From Bacteroidaceae bacterium (GTDB lineage: Bacteria > Bacillota_I > Bacilli_A > RFN20 > CAG-826), in contig CAVFNI010000003.1 in NCBI GenBank assembly GCA_963624045.1, positions 41,022-105,021 on the forward strand: a stretch of 64,000 bases of DNA, written 5' to 3'. Of this stretch, positions 30,339 to 40,870 are shown piece after piece (position 1 is the first letter of the stretch; every line of letters begins with the position of its first letter). The notes below the pieces were generated by a model, which saw only the letters and a program-made list of their open reading frames with translations, did not search any database and had not been told where the DNA came from. Position numbers and translations under genes: made by a program.

Positions 30339-31682
30339 ATGAGTTTCAAGGAATTCGATTTGTCCGAAGAGATGGTTAACGCTTTGCAAAAACTAGGCTA
30401 CCTTAATCCTTCGGCCGTTCAAAGCGCTGTCATTCCCAAGGCGTTAAAAGGCCGTTCTTTGCTCGTTCAAAGTGAGACTGGAAGCGGCAAAACGCATGCT
30501 TTTTTGGTGCCCATCATCGAAAGAATCGACAAAAGCCTCGCCCGTCCTCAGGGGCTTATAATATCGCCGACGCGGGAGCTTGCCCGCCAAACTTACGAAT
30601 TCGCCAAAGCGTTCGAGCGTTTCTATCCGTCTTTTCGCGTTAGGCTATTTACTAGCGAAAACGACGTCAGCGATAACGCCGAAGGCTCGAAAAGGCCTCC
30701 ACAGCTTATTATCGGCACTCCCGGAAGGCTAAGAGACGTCATCATAACCCGTCAGCTTTATAGCGTTAGGAACGTCCGCTTCTTCGTTCTCGATGAGGCG
30801 GATATGCTCCTCGATATGGGTTTTTTCGAGGACGTCCAGATGATCGCGAGCGCCTTAAAAGAACCGCAGACGATGGTTTTTAGCGCCACTTTGAAGCCCA
30901 ATCTCAAAAGCGAGCTTGATAAATTCGTCGGCGCCAATTTCGAATTCGAAAGTGAAAAAACGGAGACGTCCGGCAATGTCGCTCACCATCTTGTCGACGT
31001 CAAGCACATGGGCACCGTCTCCGCCCTTTTGAAATTTTTGTCGATAAGACGTCCGTATTTGGCCATTGTTTTCGCTTCCACCGTCGAGAAGGTGGGGGAA
31101 ATCCATAAGGCCCTCAAAGAAAACGGAGTGGATGCCATCTATTACAGCGGCTCCCTTGATGAGCGCAGCCGCAAAAAGGCTTTGCGGGAAATCAAAGCGA
31201 ACAAGCATTCGCTCATCGTCTCGAGCGACTTGCTTTCCCGCGGCATCGATATTAGCGACGTCAGCGACGTCATATCCGTTGATTTGCCTAGCGACTTGGA
31301 GTTTTATCACCATCGCGCCGGCCGCACCGGCCGCTTCGGCAAAAGCGGAGATTCCTGGGTTTTCTACAATAGCGATTCCCTCTCTTTGCCGCAAAAACTC
31401 ATCGAAGAGGGTGTCGTTTTCGATTTTCTGACCCTTAATAAAGACGGCTTGAAAGTCGATCCGGTTGGGTTATTGCCCAAAACGAAGCTCAAGAAGAAAA
31501 AAGAATTGCCCGATGAGGAAATCAAAGAAATCAAGATAGCGAAGGCCCTCTCGCGCCCTAAGCACATCGAGCCGATGTATAAGAAAAAACGGCAATTTGC
31601 CATCGAGAAAGTCAAAAAGAAATACCGCAAAAAAGCCATCCGCAAGGCTATTAGAAAGAATCTGGCCAAGGGTAATGGCTAG
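30339..31682 (+). CDS. DEAD-box ATP-dependent RNA helicase with a Lys-rich C-terminal tail
   Basis: 447 aa from the ATG at 30339, with a GGAAGGGAG SD. Motifs: Q motif (F...LGYLNPSAVQ), SETGSGKTHAF, DEAD, SAT and HRAGRTGR. The ORF-track 5' extension to 29835 is antisense to ispH and is rejected. Confidence 0.9.
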   Translation: MSFKEFDLSEEMVNALQKLGYLNPSAVQSAVIPKALKGRSLLVQSETGSGKTHAFLVPIIERIDKSLARPQGLIISPTRELARQTYEFAKAFERFYPSFRVRLFTSENDVSDNAEGSKRPPQLIIGTPGRLRDVIITRQLYSVRNVRFFVLDEADMLLDMGFFEDVQMIASALKEPQTMVFSATLKPNLKSELDKFVGANFEFESEKTETSGNVAHHLVDVKHMGTVSALLKFLSIRRPYLAIVFASTVEKVGEIHKALKENGVDAIYYSGSLDERSRKKALREIKANKHSLIVSSDLLSRGIDISDVSDVISVDLPSDLEFYHHRAGRTGRFGKSGDSWVFYNSDSLSLPQKLIEEGVVFDFLTLNKDGLKVDPVGLLPKTKLKKKKELPDEEIKEIKIAKALSRPKHIEPMYKKKRQFAIEKVKKKYRKKAIRKAIRKNLAKGNG

Positions 31683-31689
31683 GCTCGTT

Positions 31690-32739
31690 TCATTTCGCCA
31701 ATTCAGCGATCAATTCATCGAAGGCGCCTTCTTCTTTTATTTGCCTTATCGGCTTCCCTTTTTTGAATAAGACCCAAACATTATGGCCGCCAGCTAAGCC
31801 GACATCGGCGTTTTTCGCTTCGCCTGGACCATTGACGACGCATCCCATGATGGCAACTGTTTTGTTAATGTGATGAGATTCGAGATAATTCATGACTTTC
31901 TTGGCTAAAGGCAAGAGGGCGACTTGCGTCCGTCCGCATGTCGGGCAGGAAATGAAAGTTGGCCAATCTTCTTTTAATCCCAGATCGTGAAGCAGCCGGT
32001 TGGCCGCTTTGACTTCTTCCAAAGGATCTTCGGTAAGGGAAAGACGGATCGTATCCCCGATGCCATCGAGCAAAAGAGGGGATAAAGCGGCGCTAGAGCG
32101 GATGAGAGAGGTTTCCATCGGGCCCGCTTCGGTGACGCCCAAATGTAAGGGATAGGGGAAGAAATCGGATGCAAGGCGGTAGGCTTTGATCGTTTCGATG
32201 GCGTTGCTTCCCTTCAAGGAAATGACGATGTCGTCGAAAAGGAAACCTTCGAGGATGGAAACGTGTTTTTTAGCGCTTTCGAAGAGGCGGAGCGCGGGAT
32301 CGTCGACGGTCGTTTCGGCGATGCTTTTATCTAAGGAGCCGCCATTGACGCCTATGCGGATGGGGGCTTTCCTCTTTTTTGCGGCATCCGTAACTTCCTT
32401 GACCTTCCAATTCTCGCCGATGTTGCCTGGGTTGATGCGAATGGCGTCGGCGCCACTATCCAAAGCGGCCAAAGCCAAGCGATAATCGATATGGATATCC
32501 GCCACGAGGGGGATTTTCGTCCTTTTTTTGATTTCCGAGATGGCGGAAGCATCCGTGAAATCGAGAACCGATACGCGCATTATCTTCGCCCCAAAGGCGG
32601 CGCATTCGTTGATTTGTTGGCTCACGGCGAGGAAATTAGAAGTCTTGATATTGCACATCGATTGGACGATGACTTCCTTTTGCCCGCCGATTTTAAAGGG
32701 GCCGACGGCGATTTGTTTCGTGTTTTCTCTGATTGGCAT
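31690..32739 (-). CDS. ispG: 4-hydroxy-3-methylbut-2-en-1-yl diphosphate synthase (IspG/GcpE)
   Basis: 349 aa with VQSMCN, VADIHIDYRLAL, ISCPTCGRT and GCVVNGPGE motifs. Confidence 0.95.
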   Translation of the reverse strand: MPIRENTKQIAVGPFKIGGQKEVIVQSMCNIKTSNFLAVSQQINECAAFGAKIMRVSVLDFTDASAISEIKKRTKIPLVADIHIDYRLALAALDSGADAIRINPGNIGENWKVKEVTDAAKKRKAPIRIGVNGGSLDKSIAETTVDDPALRLFESAKKHVSILEGFLFDDIVISLKGSNAIETIKAYRLASDFFPYPLHLGVTEAGPMETSLIRSSAALSPLLLDGIGDTIRLSLTEDPLEEVKAANRLLHDLGLKEDWPTFISCPTCGRTQVALLPLAKKVMNYLESHHINKTVAIMGCVVNGPGEAKNADVGLAGGHNVWVLFKKGKPIRQIKEEGAFDELIAELAK

Positions 32740-32962
32740 TGCCTTATTTTATCTCGCTGGCGGGCAAAAAGGGAAAGAAGAGCGCTACCAAAAAGGAATA
32801 AAAGTCAGCGCGTTAAAGTAAGACGAAAGAAAAAACGCCGTTCCCATCGGACTTTTATCGTCTCGTGACGGAAAGGGGCCCGCTTGCTAATTTTCTTCTA
32901 GATAAATAAATTGCCTTGTGATACACTAGCGCTTGCGAAAAAAGAAAGAAGAGTGAACTTTT

Positions 32963-33124
32963 ATGGCCAACAGCAAACGCGATCAAGTCATCCTTGCCTG
33001 CAGTGAATGCAAGGAACACAATTACATCACCACCCGTAACAAAAAGACCCATCCCAACAAGCTGGAAACGATGAAATATTGCAAACGTTGCCGGCACGAA
33101 ACGCTTCATAAGGAGTGCAAATAA
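32963..33124 (+). CDS. rpmG: 50S ribosomal protein L33 (Zn-ribbon form)
   Basis: Hand translation gives MANSKRDQVILACSECKEHNYITTRNKKTHPNKLETMKYCKRCRHETLHKECK (53 aa). It is too short for the ORF track. The 5' coordinate may be off by 1; see the rejected frameshift note. Confidence 0.8.
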   Translation: MANSKRDQVILACSECKEHNYITTRNKKTHPNKLETMKYCKRCRHETLHKECK

Positions 33125-33144
33125 GGCTTCGGCCTTATTTTTTT
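33122..33144 (+). terminator. Rho-independent terminator after rpmG
   Basis: TAAGGC-TTCG-GCCTTA hairpin followed by TTTTTTT. It overlaps the rpmG stop codon. Confidence 0.6.
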
Positions 33145-33150
33145 ATTCCG

Positions 33151-33792
33151 ATGCGGATTGAGCGATTACGTTTCTTGCCTGAATATTCGTCGAACATTTA
33201 TGTCGTCGGCAACGAAGGCGAACCGGCCATCATAATCGACCCTGGCAGCAATCTCGATTCGCATTTAGAACGCTATATATCCCGCCATCATGGCGGTAAG
33301 ATCGCCGCTATTTTATTGACGCACGGCCATATCGATCATATCGAAGGCCTTAGAACGCTTAAGACGGAGGCTCCGATTTATCTTTCCGTCTACGACGCCA
33401 AATATCTAAGCGATCCCAAATTTAATCTTTCGCGAGAGCTTACGGGCGAGGATTTTGTTTATGAAAATCCCAATCTCCGTTTTCTTGAAGGCGGTGAGCG
33501 TTTGAGTTTCACGCTCCCGAAAGCGGAATTCCTCGTTATATCCACCCCTTTCCATACGCCGGGTAGCCTTTGTTTTTATAATGAGGATGAAAGAGCCCTC
33601 TTTAGCGGAGATACCCTCTTCCATCTAGGAATAGGGCGAAGCGATTTGCCAGGCGGAAGAAGTCGCGATATCAAATCCTCTTTGCAAAAATTATCCGTTT
33701 TGTCAGAAGAAACCCGCGTTTATCCTGGGCATGGCGAGGGAAGCGTAATGGGCAACGAAAGGAGATATAACCCCTTCCTTTTGGGTTTATGA
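33151..33792 (+). CDS. MBL-fold metallo-hydrolase (glyoxalase II-like)
   Basis: 213 aa from the ATG at 33151 with the HxHxDH motif (THGHIDHIEG), TPFHTPGS and GDTLF. The ORF-track GTG at 33115 lies inside rpmG and its terminator. Confidence 0.8.
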   Translation: MRIERLRFLPEYSSNIYVVGNEGEPAIIIDPGSNLDSHLERYISRHHGGKIAAILLTHGHIDHIEGLRTLKTEAPIYLSVYDAKYLSDPKFNLSRELTGEDFVYENPNLRFLEGGERLSFTLPKAEFLVISTPFHTPGSLCFYNEDERALFSGDTLFHLGIGRSDLPGGRSRDIKSSLQKLSVLSEETRVYPGHGEGSVMGNERRYNPFLLGL

Positions 33793-33878
33793 GGCGTTTC
33801 CCGTTATAAAAACCTAAAAATCGTGGAAGAGCGGGCAGTTTTGTAATATCATACTGCCGTATTTAAAAGGAGAAACAA

Positions 33879-34436
33879 ATGAACGTTACTGAATTACGTC
33901 CCGGAAATTATTTCGAGGACGAGAACACCCTTTATCAAGTCATCGACATTTTGCTTAACAAAACGGCGATGCGCAAAATGGTCGCCAAAGTCAAAGTGCG
34001 AAACGTTCGCACCGGCGCCATCACCGAATTAAGCCGCAACAGCGGTTATGACGTGACGCAGGTTTCCATCACCAAGAAAGCCATGCAATACCTTTATGAC
34101 GGTGGCGAGACGCTCGTCTTCATGGATCCGAAGACTTATGAGCAAATCGAGCTTCCCAAGACGGGCCTTGATAGCCAAATCCCATATTTGGCCCCCAATG
34201 GCGATGTCACGATCATCTGCTATGACGAAGAAGTCCTCGGCCTCGAGCTTCCTAGCAAAGTGGCATTGGAAGTCATCGATTGCGAGCCTGGCGTCCGCGG
34301 GGACACGGTCACCAATGGCGGCAGCAAAGACGCCACCCTTGAGACAGGTCTAAAGATTCGCATTCCGCTTTTCATTGAAAAAGGCGAGAAAGTCATGGTT
34401 GATACGACCACTGGCAAATACGATAAGAGGGCCTAA
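33879..34436 (+). CDS. efp: Elongation factor P
   Basis: 185 aa, with an AAAGGAG SD and three OB/KOW-like segments (LRPGNYFEDENTLYQV..., KPGVRGDTVTNG-type loop). Confidence 0.95.
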   Translation: MNVTELRPGNYFEDENTLYQVIDILLNKTAMRKMVAKVKVRNVRTGAITELSRNSGYDVTQVSITKKAMQYLYDGGETLVFMDPKTYEQIELPKTGLDSQIPYLAPNGDVTIICYDEEVLGLELPSKVALEVIDCEPGVRGDTVTNGGSKDATLETGLKIRIPLFIEKGEKVMVDTTTGKYDKRA

Positions 34437-34438
34437 GG

Positions 34439-34660
34439 ATGACGATTGAGGTTTGGCAGCTAATCCTCTACATCGTCTTGGCTTTCATCGCCGGCGGGGC
34501 GGTGGGTTTCTTCGGGGCCCGCGCCTTGATCAAGCGTGAGATGAAAAAACATCCTCCGATCAGCGAAGCGGCTATCCGTGCCATGTATATGCAAATGGGA
34601 CGCAAGCCCAGCGAAGCGCAGATCCGCGCCGTCATGAACAAAATGAAGCAGGGCGAATAA
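34439..34660 (+). CDS. UPF0154/YneF-family small membrane protein
   Basis: 73 aa with one N-terminal TM helix, then KKHPPISEAAIRAMYMQMGRKPSEAQIRAVMNKM, the typical YneF pattern. Confidence 0.75.
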   Translation: MTIEVWQLILYIVLAFIAGGAVGFFGARALIKREMKKHPPISEAAIRAMYMQMGRKPSEAQIRAVMNKMKQGE

Positions 34661-34678
34661 GAGAAAGAGGCAATTCCT

Positions 34679-34705
34679 AGCGGTGCGGCAAGCGCCGCTT
34701 TTTTA
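34679..34705 (+). terminator. Rho-independent terminator after the efp/yneF unit
   Basis: AGCGGTGC-GGCAA-GCGCCGCT stem (one G-U pair) followed by TTTTTT. Confidence 0.7.
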
Positions 34706-34939
34706 ATGCGTAAGAGAGTGTGAAATAGATAACGGTAACCCTTATTGGAAAGAAAAATACGGCAGTGGAATCATCTAAAAAACCATTTCTTCAATTTTAT
34801 CGCGGCTGACGATGTTTTTAGCGCCAAGCAAAAAAGTGTCAATGAAAAACATAGATAAAATCTAAGGAAAATTGTTATATTTTGAATGGCTATGAATTTT
34901 CCACAGAACATTTATAAAAACTAAAAAACTACTAAATAA

Positions 34940-35674
34940 CTACTTTTCCCATTTGAGGGGCTTCTCTTCTCCCGAATGGATTCTTCGGATGTTATCGGCA
35001 TGTCTTAATAGCAAGATCAGATAGACGAGGGATATCGCTATGAAGGATTCGTAACCGAAGGCGGCGCTTTCACCTAAGCCAAAAGACCAACTAAAGAAGG
35101 AGAAATCGAATTGCGGGGAAAGCAAAATCGAAAGGATGCTGAGGGCCCCTTCGAGCAATAGCAAAATCGCTCCGGTCCAAATGGACGCCTTGCTCATTAT
35201 GCGTTTGGTGATCTTGAATACGAGGAAGAAAATCAGGAAGCAAAACGGGAAAAGCAACCAGCTAGTTCCGCCGACCGAACCATAAAAGCAGGCGACGGCT
35301 TTTCCTCCCTTGCCTTTGAGATAGGGCGAGAAACAATGACCGAGACTAGCGAAGAATAGCGAGGACCAAACGTAAAAACGCCCTTCGCCCCATATCGGCA
35401 TCGCCCTCCTTAACCCCGAGAATTCGATGATGGCGTAAATGCTCCAAAAGACGGCGACGGTTTTAAGGATATCGAGCGCGATGACGATGATTCCCGCTTT
35501 CTTACCTAAAACGCGCCCGGCGTTGGTGCCGCCGGAATTATGGGAGCCGTATTCCAAAGGATTTTTGGCGAAGAAAACCTTGCCGATGACGACGGCCGTC
35601 GGGATTCCGCCGATAAGGAAAGAGAAAACGGCCACCGAAAGACCTAGTAGGATGTTCGCGAGGATGGGGTTCAT
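34940..35674 (-). CDS. plsY: Glycerol-3-phosphate acyltransferase PlsY
   Basis: 244 aa, multi-pass, with GSHNSGGTNAGR (the GSGNxGATN-type motif) and C-terminal HADNIRRIHSGEE. It is divergent from parE as in Bacillus (plsY-parE-parC). Confidence 0.88.
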   Translation of the reverse strand: MNPILANILLGLSVAVFSFLIGGIPTAVVIGKVFFAKNPLEYGSHNSGGTNAGRVLGKKAGIIVIALDILKTVAVFWSIYAIIEFSGLRRAMPIWGEGRFYVWSSLFFASLGHCFSPYLKGKGGKAVACFYGSVGGTSWLLFPFCFLIFFLVFKITKRIMSKASIWTGAILLLLEGALSILSILLSPQFDFSFFSWSFGLGESAAFGYESFIAISLVYLILLLRHADNIRRIHSGEEKPLKWEK

Positions 35675-35774
35675 GGTTCTCTAGTAAAGTTCTTTTTAAG
35701 AAAATGTAGTAATTCTCTTACATTTTGTTGGCGGTTTTTGCTACAATTACCAACGGAGTGATTTTATACCATTA

Positions 35775-37733
35775 ATGGACGATTTGCTAAACGAAGAAAA
35801 GAAATATTCGGCGAGCCAGATTGAAATCCTTTCCGAACTCGAGGGGGTGCGGAAACGTCCTGGCATGTATATCGGCTCGACGAACCTCACCGGACTTCAC
35901 CATCTGGTTTGGGAAGTGGTCGATAACGCCGTCGACGAGGCCGTCAACGGCTTTGGCAAGAAAATCACCGTGACTTTGCTTAAAGACGGCTCCGTCCAAG
36001 TCGAAGACGAAGGGCGCGGTATCCCCGTCGACATTCATCCGGAGGCTAAAATACCGGCTGTTCAGCTTATTTTCACCACTCTTCATAGCGGTGGTAAATT
36101 CAATAGCAAGGTCTATCAAACGGCCGCTGGGCTCCATGGCGTCGGCGCCACCGTCACGAACGCTTTAAGCGAATGGCTCGAAGTCACCGTTTGCCGTCAG
36201 GGCTCGATTTATCAGATCCGCTTCCATAACGGCGGCGAATTAGAGACCCCTTTGCATATCATCGGAGAAACTTCTAAACACGGTACGACCGTTCGTTTCA
36301 AACCCGATCCCAAGGTTTTCCCCAACACCAAATTCAGCTGGGACACCATTTATAACCGCCTTGAGGAGAAAAGCTACCTTCTTAAGGGCGTCCGTTTCAT
36401 CCTGAAAGAGCAAGCGTCGGGCAATTCTCACGAATTCTATACCGAGCGGGGCTTGTACGAATATGTCTCCTCCCTCACTCAGAACAAGACTCCGATGGGC
36501 GATATTATCGATTTTAACGACTCCTCTTCCCCAAGCGGCATCAAAGTCGAGTTGGCGATGAGGTGGTGCTCTCAGGATTATAACGAAAATATTTTCTCGT
36601 ACGCCAACGACGTTCGCACGGCCGATGGCGGAACCCACGAAAGCGGCTTCAAAGGCGCCCTTACCAAAGCCCTTAACGATTGGGCCCTAACTAGCGAAGT
36701 CATCCGTCCAAACCAATCGATCGACGGCGTCGACATCCGCGAAGGCCTGACGGCCATCCTTTCCGTCAAGGTGCCCGAAAGCAAATTGGAATACGAAGGG
36801 CAGACGAAAGGGAAACTCGGTACCCCCGAAGCCGGAACGGTGGTGGGCGACATCGTTTTCAAGAAACTCAGCTATTATTTTAACGAACATAAGGCTTTCG
36901 CCGTTGATTTGGTCAAGAAGTGCATGATGTCCAAAGACGCCAGAGAAGCGGCAAGGAAAGCGCGAGAAGCCGCTCGCGGCGCCAAAAAGAAGAACAACGA
37001 TCTGATTATCAGCGACAAATTGGCCAGCGCCCAATCCAAGGATTACATGGAAAACGAATTGTTCATCGTCGAAGGCGATTCGGCCGGAGGCAGCGCCAAA
37101 ACGGGACGCGACCGTCTGCACCAAGCCATTTTGCCATTGCGGGGAAAGCCTCTTAATACCGACAGCGTTTCGATGGAGAAAATCGTCGAGAACGTCGAAT
37201 TCAGCACCCTCATTCAAACCATCGGCGCAGGCGTGGGACAGGATTTCGATCCCGACGAGAGCCATTATGGGAAAATCATCATCATGACCGACGCCGATAC
37301 CGACGGCGCCCATATCCAAACATTGTTACTAACCTTCTTTTATAATTACATGAAACCTTTGATCGAAAGGGGCATGGTTTATATCGCCCAGCCTCCGCTT
37401 TATCGCGTTTATAAAAAAAGCGACCCTTCTAAGCATGTTTATTGTTGGAATGAAGACGAATTAGCGGCGGGAAAAGCCAAAATCGGCCCCGGATACGCCA
37501 TCGCCCGTTATAAAGGCTTAGGCGAAATGAACGCCGATCAACTGGCTCTCACGACGATGAATAAGAAAACCCGCGTTCTGACCCGCGTCGCCATCGACGA
37601 CCCCCTTTTGGTGGAGAAAAGAATCGGCACTTTGATGGGAAAGGACAGCTCCCTTAGATGGAATTGGATCAAAGAGAACGTGACTTTCAACGAGGAAGAT
37701 ACCTTCATGAAGGAAGTGCGCATCGGCAAATAA
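35775..37733 (+). CDS. parE: Type IIA topoisomerase subunit B, assigned ParE (topoisomerase IV) from context
   Basis: 652 aa with GHKL ATPase (GLHHLVWEVVDNAVDE, GLHGVGA) and TOPRIM (EGDSAGGSAK, DADTDGAHI). The ParE call rests on plsY adjacency and the terminus-proximal location rather than on sequence. Confidence 0.8.
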   Translation: MDDLLNEEKKYSASQIEILSELEGVRKRPGMYIGSTNLTGLHHLVWEVVDNAVDEAVNGFGKKITVTLLKDGSVQVEDEGRGIPVDIHPEAKIPAVQLIFTTLHSGGKFNSKVYQTAAGLHGVGATVTNALSEWLEVTVCRQGSIYQIRFHNGGELETPLHIIGETSKHGTTVRFKPDPKVFPNTKFSWDTIYNRLEEKSYLLKGVRFILKEQASGNSHEFYTERGLYEYVSSLTQNKTPMGDIIDFNDSSSPSGIKVELAMRWCSQDYNENIFSYANDVRTADGGTHESGFKGALTKALNDWALTSEVIRPNQSIDGVDIREGLTAILSVKVPESKLEYEGQTKGKLGTPEAGTVVGDIVFKKLSYYFNEHKAFAVDLVKKCMMSKDAREAARKAREAARGAKKKNNDLIISDKLASAQSKDYMENELFIVEGDSAGGSAKTGRDRLHQAILPLRGKPLNTDSVSMEKIVENVEFSTLIQTIGAGVGQDFDPDESHYGKIIIMTDADTDGAHIQTLLLTFFYNYMKPLIERGMVYIAQPPLYRVYKKSDPSKHVYCWNEDELAAGKAKIGPGYAIARYKGLGEMNADQLALTTMNKKTRVLTRVAIDDPLLVEKRIGTLMGKDSSLRWNWIKENVTFNEEDTFMKEVRIGK

Positions 37734-37736
37734 TAT

Positions 37737-40346
37737 ATGAAAAAGAAAAAGGAAGAGAAATCGGAAATAATCGAGAACATCGTCAAAGGGACGCTTGACG
37801 AATTGATGGGGGAGAAATACGCCATCTATGCCAAAGACGTCATCCAAGACCGCGCCATCCCCGATGCGCGCGATGGCCTTAAGCCCGTACAAAGACGCAT
37901 CGTTTTCGATATGTGGAAGAACGGCTATCTCATTAGCAAACCCACCACGAAATGCGCCCGCATCGTCGGGGATGTCATGGGTAAACTCCATCCGCATGGC
38001 GATTCTTCTATTTACGAGGCTTTGGTCCATATGTCGCAACCATGGGCCTATCGTTATCCCCTAATCGACTTCCAAGGCAATAACGGATCCATCGATGGCG
38101 ATGGCCCTGCGGCCATGCGTTACACCGAAGCGCGCCTAAGCGCTATTGCCGACGAACTCATCGCCGACATCGACAAGGACACCGTCGATATGGAACTTAC
38201 TTTCGACGATTCGCAACTTGAGCCCTCCGTCCTTCCCAGCCGCTTTCCCAATTTATTCGCCAACGGTAGCGAAGGCATCGCCGTCGGCGTTTCGACTTCC
38301 ATTCCTCCCCATAACCTCGGAGAGATTTCTAACGCCATCATCTACCGCATCAAACATCCGAAGTGCGGAATCGACGATTTGCTTCCTTTGGTTCCGGGCC
38401 CTGATTTCCCGACGGGTGGCATCATTTACGAATCGGAGTCGTTAAAGGACATTTATCGGACGGGGCGCGGCAAAGTGACGGTCAGCTCAAAAACGGAGAT
38501 CGTCGTATCTCCTAAAGGGGAAAAGCAAATAATCGTCAGCGCTATCCCTTATCAAGTCAATAAGAGCGCTTTGATTAAAAGCATTGCCAAAATCCGTCAT
38601 GACAAAACGATCCCTGGTATCGATGATGTGCGCGACGAGACCGATAAAAGCGGACTTCGCATCGCCATCGATTTGAAAAACGATGCCAAGCCCGAAGCGA
38701 TTTTGGCTTATCTCATGGCCAAAACGCAGCTTAAGACCAATTATACTGCCCACATGATGGCCATCGTCGATGATCGGCCCAAAACCCTCGATCTGCTTTC
38801 TTATTGCGATTGTTATATCCAACATCAGCTTGATGTCATCACTAGAAGAAGCCGTTTCCTTTTCGAACGTTCGAAGAACCGCTTCTCCATCGTAAGCGGC
38901 CTTATCAAAGCCGTTTCCATCCTCGACGAGGTCGTCAAGACGATCCGCAATAGTAGTGACAAAGCCGACGCCAAGAAGAATTTGGTTTCCGTCTTTTCCT
39001 TCACCGAGGATCAAGCCGAAGCCATCTTGATGATGCCGCTATACAAATTGTCCCATACCGACATCACCGTTTTGGAAAATGAAAAGCAAGCCCTTGAGGA
39101 GGAGATCAAAACTCTCGATGAGCTTTTGCATAGCCAAGAAAAGCGCGAAACCCTCATCGTAAGCGACCTTAAAGCCTTAGTGAAACGATATGGCGATGCC
39201 CGCAAAACCGAAGTGGTCGCCGAAGAGACGGAAATGGTAATCGATAAGCGCGATCTTATCGCCAAGGAAGCTTGCCGTCTAGTCGTCACCAAAGACGGAT
39301 ACCTTAAGCGCAGCTCTTTAAAGAGTTGGAAGGGCTCGGGTGGCCAAAACGGGGCCAAACCGGGCATAAAAAACGGCGACGTCTTCGTTTTCGAAGGCGA
39401 ATGCGAGACGACCGATTACGCCCTCATCTTTACTAACAAAGGGAATTATCTTTATATCCCGATCAACGAAATCAAGGAAGCCAAATGGAACGATGAAGGT
39501 TATCACGTCAACATTCTCGTGGGCGTCGATAGCAATGAAAAGATGGTCAAGGCCTTCGCCGTGCGCCATTTCCGTTCCGATCTTTATGTCATAATCGTCA
39601 CCAAAAACGGCGTCATTAAGCGCATCAGGCTCGATTCCTTCCCGGTTATCCGCCGCTCTAAGGCCCTTGGGGCCATCCGCCTTTCGAAGGACGACGAATT
39701 GCTTGATGTGGCCGTTGGCAGTGGCAATAGCAACCTTTTCATCGCTTCGAGCGATGGCAAAGCCGCCTTCTATAACGAAAACGACATCGCCATTTCCAAC
39801 CCAAAGACCGGCGGCCTTAAAGCGGGCTTATTCCATGGCAAAGAACTCGCCGGCCTTCTTTCTTTTGATCCTGAAGCCAACCCCAATTCGAAGATATTGT
39901 TGCTTACCGACCGCGGTGATACGCGCGTTTATATCCTTAAGAATACCCCGCTAGGAAAGAGGCTCGATAAGACGACCCTGCTATTTAGCAGCTTCAAGAA
40001 AGAACCGCATCGCTTGATCCATTTAATCAAAGCCGATGGCAAAGAGCCACCATTTAGCGTCGATGCCGTCTTGTCGGATGGCTCGCGTGTCGATGCCGTC
40101 TGGGAGGATTTTAACGCCACGCCCGTCGACTTATATGCCAAGCGAGGCGATTTCTTGTCCGCCAAAGCCAAAATCCAAACCTTCTCCGAAAGCGATTCTC
40201 CATTAATCGATGATTCCTTGCCTTCCTATCCTATCCGCGTGGAAGAAAAGGAAGACATCCAAGAAGAGGCATCTAAACCATCGCAAAGCAATTTCGAGCA
40301 GATATCCCTTTTTGACGAATTGATGGGGAACGACGAAGACAAATAA
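37737..40346 (+). CDS. parC: Type IIA topoisomerase subunit A, assigned ParC (topoisomerase IV) from context
   Basis: 869 aa with DGLKPVQRR and the catalytic Tyr context [11 protein letters not shown] saw no canonical GyrA box (QRRGGKG). It has an acidic C-terminal tail. Confidence 0.8.
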   Translation: MKKKKEEKSEIIENIVKGTLDELMGEKYAIYAKDVIQDRAIPDARDGLKPVQRRIVFDMWKNGYLISKPTTKCARIVGDVMGKLHPHGDSSIYEALVHMSQPWAYRYPLIDFQGNNGSIDGDGPAAMRYTEARLSAIADELIADIDKDTVDMELTFDDSQLEPSVLPSRFPNLFANGSEGIAVGVSTSIPPHNLGEISNAIIYRIKHPKCGIDDLLPLVPGPDFPTGGIIYESESLKDIYRTGRGKVTVSSKTEIVVSPKGEKQIIVSAIPYQVNKSALIKSIAKIRHDKTIPGIDDVRDETDKSGLRIAIDLKNDAKPEAILAYLMAKTQLKTNYTAHMMAIVDDRPKTLDLLSYCDCYIQHQLDVITRRSRFLFERSKNRFSIVSGLIKAVSILDEVVKTIRNSSDKADAKKNLVSVFSFTEDQAEAILMMPLYKLSHTDITVLENEKQALEEEIKTLDELLHSQEKRETLIVSDLKALVKRYGDARKTEVVAEETEMVIDKRDLIAKEACRLVVTKDGYLKRSSLKSWKGSGGQNGAKPGIKNGDVFVFEGECETTDYALIFTNKGNYLYIPINEIKEAKWNDEGYHVNILVGVDSNEKMVKAFAVRHFRSDLYVIIVTKNGVIKRIRLDSFPVIRRSKALGAIRLSKDDELLDVAVGSGNSNLFIASSDGKAAFYNENDIAISNPKTGGLKAGLFHGKELAGLLSFDPEANPNSKILLLTDRGDTRVYILKNTPLGKRLDKTTLLFSSFKKEPHRLIHLIKADGKEPPFSVDAVLSDGSRVDAVWEDFNATPVDLYAKRGDFLSAKAKIQTFSESDSPLIDDSLPSYPIRVEEKEDIQEEASKPSQSNFEQISLFDELMGNDEDK

Positions 40347-40870
40347 TGAAGATGACGCCATCCCTTCGCGCTCATAGCGCTTACCGCTTGCCGTACGAAT
40401 TATTGAAAAAAGCCGGCATCAAGGTTCTTTTATTCGATCTCGATAACACCATCGCCTCTTTTTACGAGACGTTTGCCAATCGTGAGGAAATGGCGAGGAA
40501 ATTGAAAGAGGAATGCGAAAAAGAGGGCTTTATCATCGCTTTGGCATCCAATGGCCAAGGCCATCGCGTCAAGGCTTTCGCCACGCGGTGGGGGGTCAGG
40601 TATTTCCCGATGATGATGAAGCCTTTTTCCTTCCGGCTAAAGAAGGTTCTTAGAAAAGAAGGATGGAAAAAAGAGGAGGTGGCCCTAATCGGCGACCAGC
40701 TTTTGACCGACCTAAAAGCGGCCAAACGCGCTGGCATTTTCTTCGTTTTGACCGATCCTCTAGTCAAAGAGGAGCCGTTTTTCACCCGCATAAACCGCTT
40801 TTTCGAAAAAAAGAAGCGCGTGAAGATAGATAAAATGCCTTATGATATCCTTATAAAGGAGAAAGCATGA
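40346..40870 (+). CDS. YqeG-family HAD phosphatase
   Basis: 174 aa with HAD motif I (LFDLDNT) and motif IV (GDQLLTD). It leads the yqeG-yqeH cluster. Confidence 0.8.
   Translation: MKMTPSLRAHSAYRLPYELLKKAGIKVLLFDLDNTIASFYETFANREEMARKLKEECEKEGFIIALASNGQGHRVKAFATRWGVRYFPMMMKPFSFRLKKVLRKEGWKKEEVALIGDQLLTDLKAAKRAGIFFVLTDPLVKEEPFFTRINRFFEKKKRVKIDKMPYDILIKEKA

Noticed and set aside
32962-33004. Apparent 1-nt frameshift in rpmG (L33) near 33000 (GCC TGC C AGT) when counting the printed sequence by hand.
   Set aside because: The supplied antisense ORF 32855-33109 translates as ...FTAGKDDLIAFAVGHKSS..., which is only possible if the sense frame ATG GCC AAC ... GCC TGC AGT GAA TGC is continuous. Coordinates on both sides also close correctly with an intact 54-codon gene at 32963-33124. 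I treat the discrepancy as my own counting error, not as a pseudogene or programmed frameshift. Re-translating 32960-33126 would settle it.
35775-40346. Alternative naming of the type IIA topoisomerase pair as gyrB/gyrA.
   Set aside because: The divergent plsY neighbour reproduces the conserved Bacillota plsY-parE-parC arrangement. The locus is terminus-proximal rather than next to dnaA/dnaN/recF, and I did not see a GyrA-box in the subunit A C-terminal domain. Sequence alone cannot exclude gyrase, so confidence is capped at 0.8.
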